Source: an uncultured bacterium (GTDB lineage: Bacteria > Oederibacteriota > PGYV01 > Palsa-1178). From it: a stretch of 64,000 nt of DNA. Positions 61,138-64,000 of the stretch are shown in pieces (position 1 is the stretch's first letter; every line of letters begins with the position of its first letter). The stretch lies in assembly GCA_937889595.1 (NCBI GenBank), contig CALAOR010000076.1, positions 69,626 through 133,625 of the forward strand. Direction: 5' to 3'. The notes under the pieces are model-generated. The model worked only from the letters and a program-made list of their open reading frames with translations, had not been told where the DNA came from and made no database searches. The translations under genes were made by a program, and so were the position numbers.

Positions 61138-61237
61138 TACTTAGGCAGCATGTTTGCTTTTTTTCGAATCGGCCGGCCGGTATTATAAGTAGATGGGTGC
61201 CGCCGGGTCGAAAAAAAGCAAACACGCTGCCTAAGTA
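61138..61237. repeat. second 100-bp palindromic element: 30-bp inverted repeat (1 mismatch) around a 40-nt loop containing GTATTATAAG
   Basis: Arms at 61138-61167 and 61208-61237. Architecture and loop core match the element at 44892. Confidence 0.8.
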
Positions 61238-61340
61238 TTGTGGTTGTCAGGGTTTGAGGCTGAATTAAACGGCAACCGGTATGAAAGCAAAAAAAGTTGT
61301 GAAAGATCAAAAGACAAACAAAAAGGAAAAAACGGAAAAC

Positions 61341-62468
61341 ATGACGATCAAAGCGCCATTTGAACTCGAAAAGCTGTCAAACGACGAATACATACTGAAC
61401 ATGGGGCCGCAGCATCCGTCCACGCACGGGGTTTTGCGCATCATTTTAAAACTTGACGGCGAAGTGGTAAAAGACCTTTACGCCGACGTCGGATACATAC
61501 ACTCAAGCGTTGAGAAGATGTGCGAGAACAAAAAATATGAAATGATCATGCCGTATACGGACAGGCTGGATTATTTGTCCGCCGTCAATTATAACTGGGC
61601 ATATGCACTGGCCGTTGAAAAGCTCATGGGTATTACCATACCGGAACGCGCTGAATACATCCGCGTCATGCTGGCCGAATTAAACAGGATCATGAGCCAT
61701 CTGCTCTGGTACTCGGCTTACGGCATGGATGTCGGCGCTTTGACCCCCATTATGTACGCTTTCCGCGAGAGGGAAGAGGTAATAGATATGATAGAGGGCA
61801 TGACAGGCGGAAGGCTGACGCATAACGCTTTCAGGTTCGGCGGGTTTAAGAACGACCTTCAAAAGGGTTTTATGGATTCTCTTAAGAAATTTATCGGGCA
61901 CTTTAATGACAAAATAGACGAATATGAAGCCTTACTAATTAACAATGTAATCCTGACAGCCAGGACAAAAGGCGTGGGAATTTTAAGCAAAGAAACGGCC
62001 ATGAGCTACGGCGTCACGGGCCCGTCGCTCAGGGGGTCTGACTGCGCAATTGACCTGAGAAAAACAGCCCCTTACTCCATATATGACAAGTTTGACTTCA
62101 AAGTATGCACGGGCAAGAACGGCGACACATGGGACCGGTTAAAGGTCAGGATGGACGAGATGAGGGAAAGCACAAAGATATTAAAGCAGGCCATGGAAGG
62201 CATACCCGCGGGCGACATCATGGCAAAAGTGCCCAAGATAATCAAACCCGCGCCCGGCGAAGTTTACACAAAAGTGGAAAGCGCCAGGGGGGAGTTCGGG
62301 GTATATATAATAAGCGACGGAACCGACAAGCCGTACAGGATAAAGTTCAGGAGCCCGTCGTTCTCGAATTTGAGCGTGCTTAAGGAAATAGCAATAGGCT
62401 CGAAGATCGCTGACGTGGTAGCGATCATGGGAAGCCTGGACCTGGTAATACCGGAGATAGACAGGTAG
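61341..62468 (+). CDS. nuoD: NADH-quinone oxidoreductase subunit D (49 kDa)
   Basis: NMGPQHPSTHGVLR motif. An alternative upstream start at 61281 would add a lysine-rich 20-aa extension. Confidence 0.9.
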   Translation: MTIKAPFELEKLSNDEYILNMGPQHPSTHGVLRIILKLDGEVVKDLYADVGYIHSSVEKMCENKKYEMIMPYTDRLDYLSAVNYNWAYALAVEKLMGITIPERAEYIRVMLAELNRIMSHLLWYSAYGMDVGALTPIMYAFREREEVIDMIEGMTGGRLTHNAFRFGGFKNDLQKGFMDSLKKFIGHFNDKIDEYEALLINNVILTARTKGVGILSKETAMSYGVTGPSLRGSDCAIDLRKTAPYSIYDKFDFKVCTGKNGDTWDRLKVRMDEMRESTKILKQAMEGIPAGDIMAKVPKIIKPAPGEVYTKVESARGEFGVYIISDGTDKPYRIKFRSPSFSNLSVLKEIAIGSKIADVVAIMGSLDLVIPEIDR

Positions 62469-62483
62469 TTAGACCGCATAATT

Positions 62484-62562
62484 TGGAGTTCGGGATTCGG
62501 AGTTCGGAGTTCGGAATTATTAATACAGAACAGAGAACAGAGAACACAGAACACAGAACACA
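62484..62562. repeat. two adjacent heptamer arrays: (GGARTTC) x5 then (SAGAACA) x6
   Basis: Begins ~15 nt after the nuoD stop and ends ~20 nt before the nuoH start. Confidence 0.85.
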
Positions 62563-62584
62563 GAACAAACATTGAAGGAGCTAT

Positions 62585-63640
62585 ATGGAACTGATCAAGG
62601 AATTGTTTTACAACAGCGGCAAGCCACTGGGCGAGCTTTATACCTGGGCGCACGGCATTTGGGCCGGATGGGGCGCTCCTCCGTTCTTGCTTGACCTTAT
62701 ATTCCAGATCATCATAGGCGTGGCTGTGGCTTTGGTCGTGGTTTTAAACGCGCTTTGGATAATATATTATGACAGGAAATTATCCGCGCTTATGCAGATA
62801 AGGAAGGGCCCGAACAGGGTGGGGCCGCTGGGGCTTTTGCAGACCATTGCGGACACTGTGAAGCTCATGATTAAGGAAGACATCAACCCAAAGGCTATTG
62901 ACGTGCTTTCCTTCTGGGTTGCGCCGCTTATCATATTTGTCCCGACCTTTGCCGTATTCCTTGTGTTGCCGTTCGGAAAAGGGCTCATACCCGCGGATTT
63001 AAATATCGGGATATTATATGTGATAGCCATAACCGGGTTGACCGTCATCGGCATACTTGCCGCGGGCTGGGGCTCAAATAACAAGTATTCACTCATCGGC
63101 GGACTGCGCTCGGCAGCGCAGATAGTATCATATGAGATACCCATGATGCTTGTCATCCTGTCGGTGGTGCTGTTGTCCGGCTCCATGAAGATGAGCGACA
63201 TAGTGGCTGCGCAGGCCAATTACAAGTGGTTTGTAATACCGCAGATAATCGGTTTTATAGTATTCCTTATAGTAGGCAACGCGGAGATAAACAGGGCGCC
63301 TTTTGACCTGCCTGAGGCGGAGTCCGAGCTTGTAGCCGGGTTTAACACCGAGTACTCGGCCATGAAATTCGCTTTCTTTTATCTTGCGGAATACACGAAC
63401 TTATTTTTAACATCAGCAATAGGCGCCACGCTTTTTCTGGGAGGATGGGAAGGGCCGTTCTTGCCGCCGATAGTCTGGTTCTTTATCAAGACATATTTTG
63501 TGGTAACCATACTGATGTGGATCAGGTGGACATTCCCGAGGATCAGGGTGGATCATCTCATGGAATTCTCGTGGAAATATATGCTCCCGATCGCGTTGTT
63601 GAACCTGGTTATAACGGCAATTGTAATAAAATTAGTTTAA
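62585..63640 (+). CDS. nuoH: NADH-quinone oxidoreductase subunit H
   Basis: Eight transmembrane helices and the NuoH/ND1 signature. Confidence 0.9.
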   Translation: MELIKELFYNSGKPLGELYTWAHGIWAGWGAPPFLLDLIFQIIIGVAVALVVVLNALWIIYYDRKLSALMQIRKGPNRVGPLGLLQTIADTVKLMIKEDINPKAIDVLSFWVAPLIIFVPTFAVFLVLPFGKGLIPADLNIGILYVIAITGLTVIGILAAGWGSNNKYSLIGGLRSAAQIVSYEIPMMLVILSVVLLSGSMKMSDIVAAQANYKWFVIPQIIGFIVFLIVGNAEINRAPFDLPEAESELVAGFNTEYSAMKFAFFYLAEYTNLFLTSAIGATLFLGGWEGPFLPPIVWFFIKTYFVVTILMWIRWTFPRIRVDHLMEFSWKYMLPIALLNLVITAIVIKLV

Positions 63641-63661
63641 AATTATTTTAAGGAGCTTGAC

Positions 63662-64000
63662 TTGATAAAGTACATAGCGGATATAATTAAAGGCATCATA
63701 AGCCTTATGGAAGGGCTTATGGTAACACTCAAGCATGTTTTCAGGAAGCCCATTACTTTGCAGTATCCCGAGCAGCGGCCCGACATATCCCTGCGTTTCC
63801 GCGGCAGGCTGGTCATGCCCGTAGACCCGGCGACAACGAATAACAGGTGCACGGCATGCATGTTATGCATCAGGGCCTGTCCAAACCATTCGATCGACTG
63901 TGAGAAATTAATAGGCGAAGACGGCAAACCAAAACCAAAGGCTGTATCGTATACATATAATATGGGCAGTTGCATATACTGCAACTTGTGCGTGGAATCC
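63662..64000 (+). CDS. nuoI: NADH-quinone oxidoreductase subunit I (2x[4Fe-4S]), 3' end truncated by the window
   Basis: TTG start. CTACMLCIRACP and CIYCNLCVE ferredoxin motifs. It is absent from the ORF track because no stop codon falls within the window. Confidence 0.8.
   Translation, partial: MIKYIADIIKGIISLMEGLMVTLKHVFRKPITLQYPEQRPDISLRFRGRLVMPVDPATTNNRCTACMLCIRACPNHSIDCEKLIGEDGKPKPKAVSYTYNMGSCIYCNLCVES

Noticed and set aside
61281-61340. 20-aa lysine-rich N-terminal extension of nuoD
   Set aside because: NuoD homologues begin near the internal Met. A purine-rich stretch precedes the ATG at 61341. The extension was kept only as an alternative.

Overview
The window reads as a 64-kb chromosomal segment from an uncultivated Gram-negative bacterium. 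Protein content is K/N-rich, coding is moderately AT-biased, and promoters look sigma70-like (TTGACA-N17-TATAAT variants). Every credible gene (about 70) is on the + strand; all long minus-strand ORFs look like shadow ORFs. Gene content in order: proC (5' truncated), yggT, DUF167, purine/MTA nucleoside phosphorylase, mtnA, a hotdog thioesterase, an unannotated 30-aa basic ORF, yebC, a TIGR01212 radical SAM, a TolC-MacA-MacB efflux system plus an MFS pump, tRNA-Val(GAC), a B12-binding radical SAM and a DUF2723 membrane protein, DedA, a P-type ATPase, a DUF3276 protein, a GH2-like hydrolase, an MFS, a CCA/poly(A)-polymerase-family enzyme, a nitroreductase, a TolB-like beta-propeller lipoprotein, rplM-rpsI, a 1021-aa GH3+GH5 fusion glycosidase, GIY-YIG and YkgJ small proteins, an ABC exporter module, a secreted disordered W-periodic protein, two GT2 glycosyltransferases, a COG1579 zinc-ribbon protein, kdsD-kdsC-lpxL-like-lptC-lptA-lptB, a TPR-SpoIID protein, manA, an M16 peptidase (preceded by a Clp-ATPase C-terminal remnant), a cupin, a PAP2 phosphatase, lipoproteins, a partial Flp/Tad pilus locus (two unannotated flp pilin genes, tadE/G/F-like, cpaB), an ispB-like prenyl synthase, and nuoA-B-C-D-H-I (no nuoEFG). 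The most unusual content is non-coding: (i) a ~170-bp element bounded by ~18-bp terminal inverted repeats, present in two copies whose internal ~130 bp are reverse complements of each other; each sits immediately upstream of a glycoside-hydrolase gene (a MITE or an invertible switch); (ii) a 207-bp palindromic element with perfect 19-bp TIRs; (iii) two 104-bp elements with 30-32-bp perfect inverted repeats around a 40-nt loop sharing GTATTATAAG; (iv) dispersed heptanucleotide tandem arrays (GGARTTC)n and (SAGAACA)n placed exactly at gene 3' ends; (v) tandem hairpin/T-run modules upstream of the nitroreductase.
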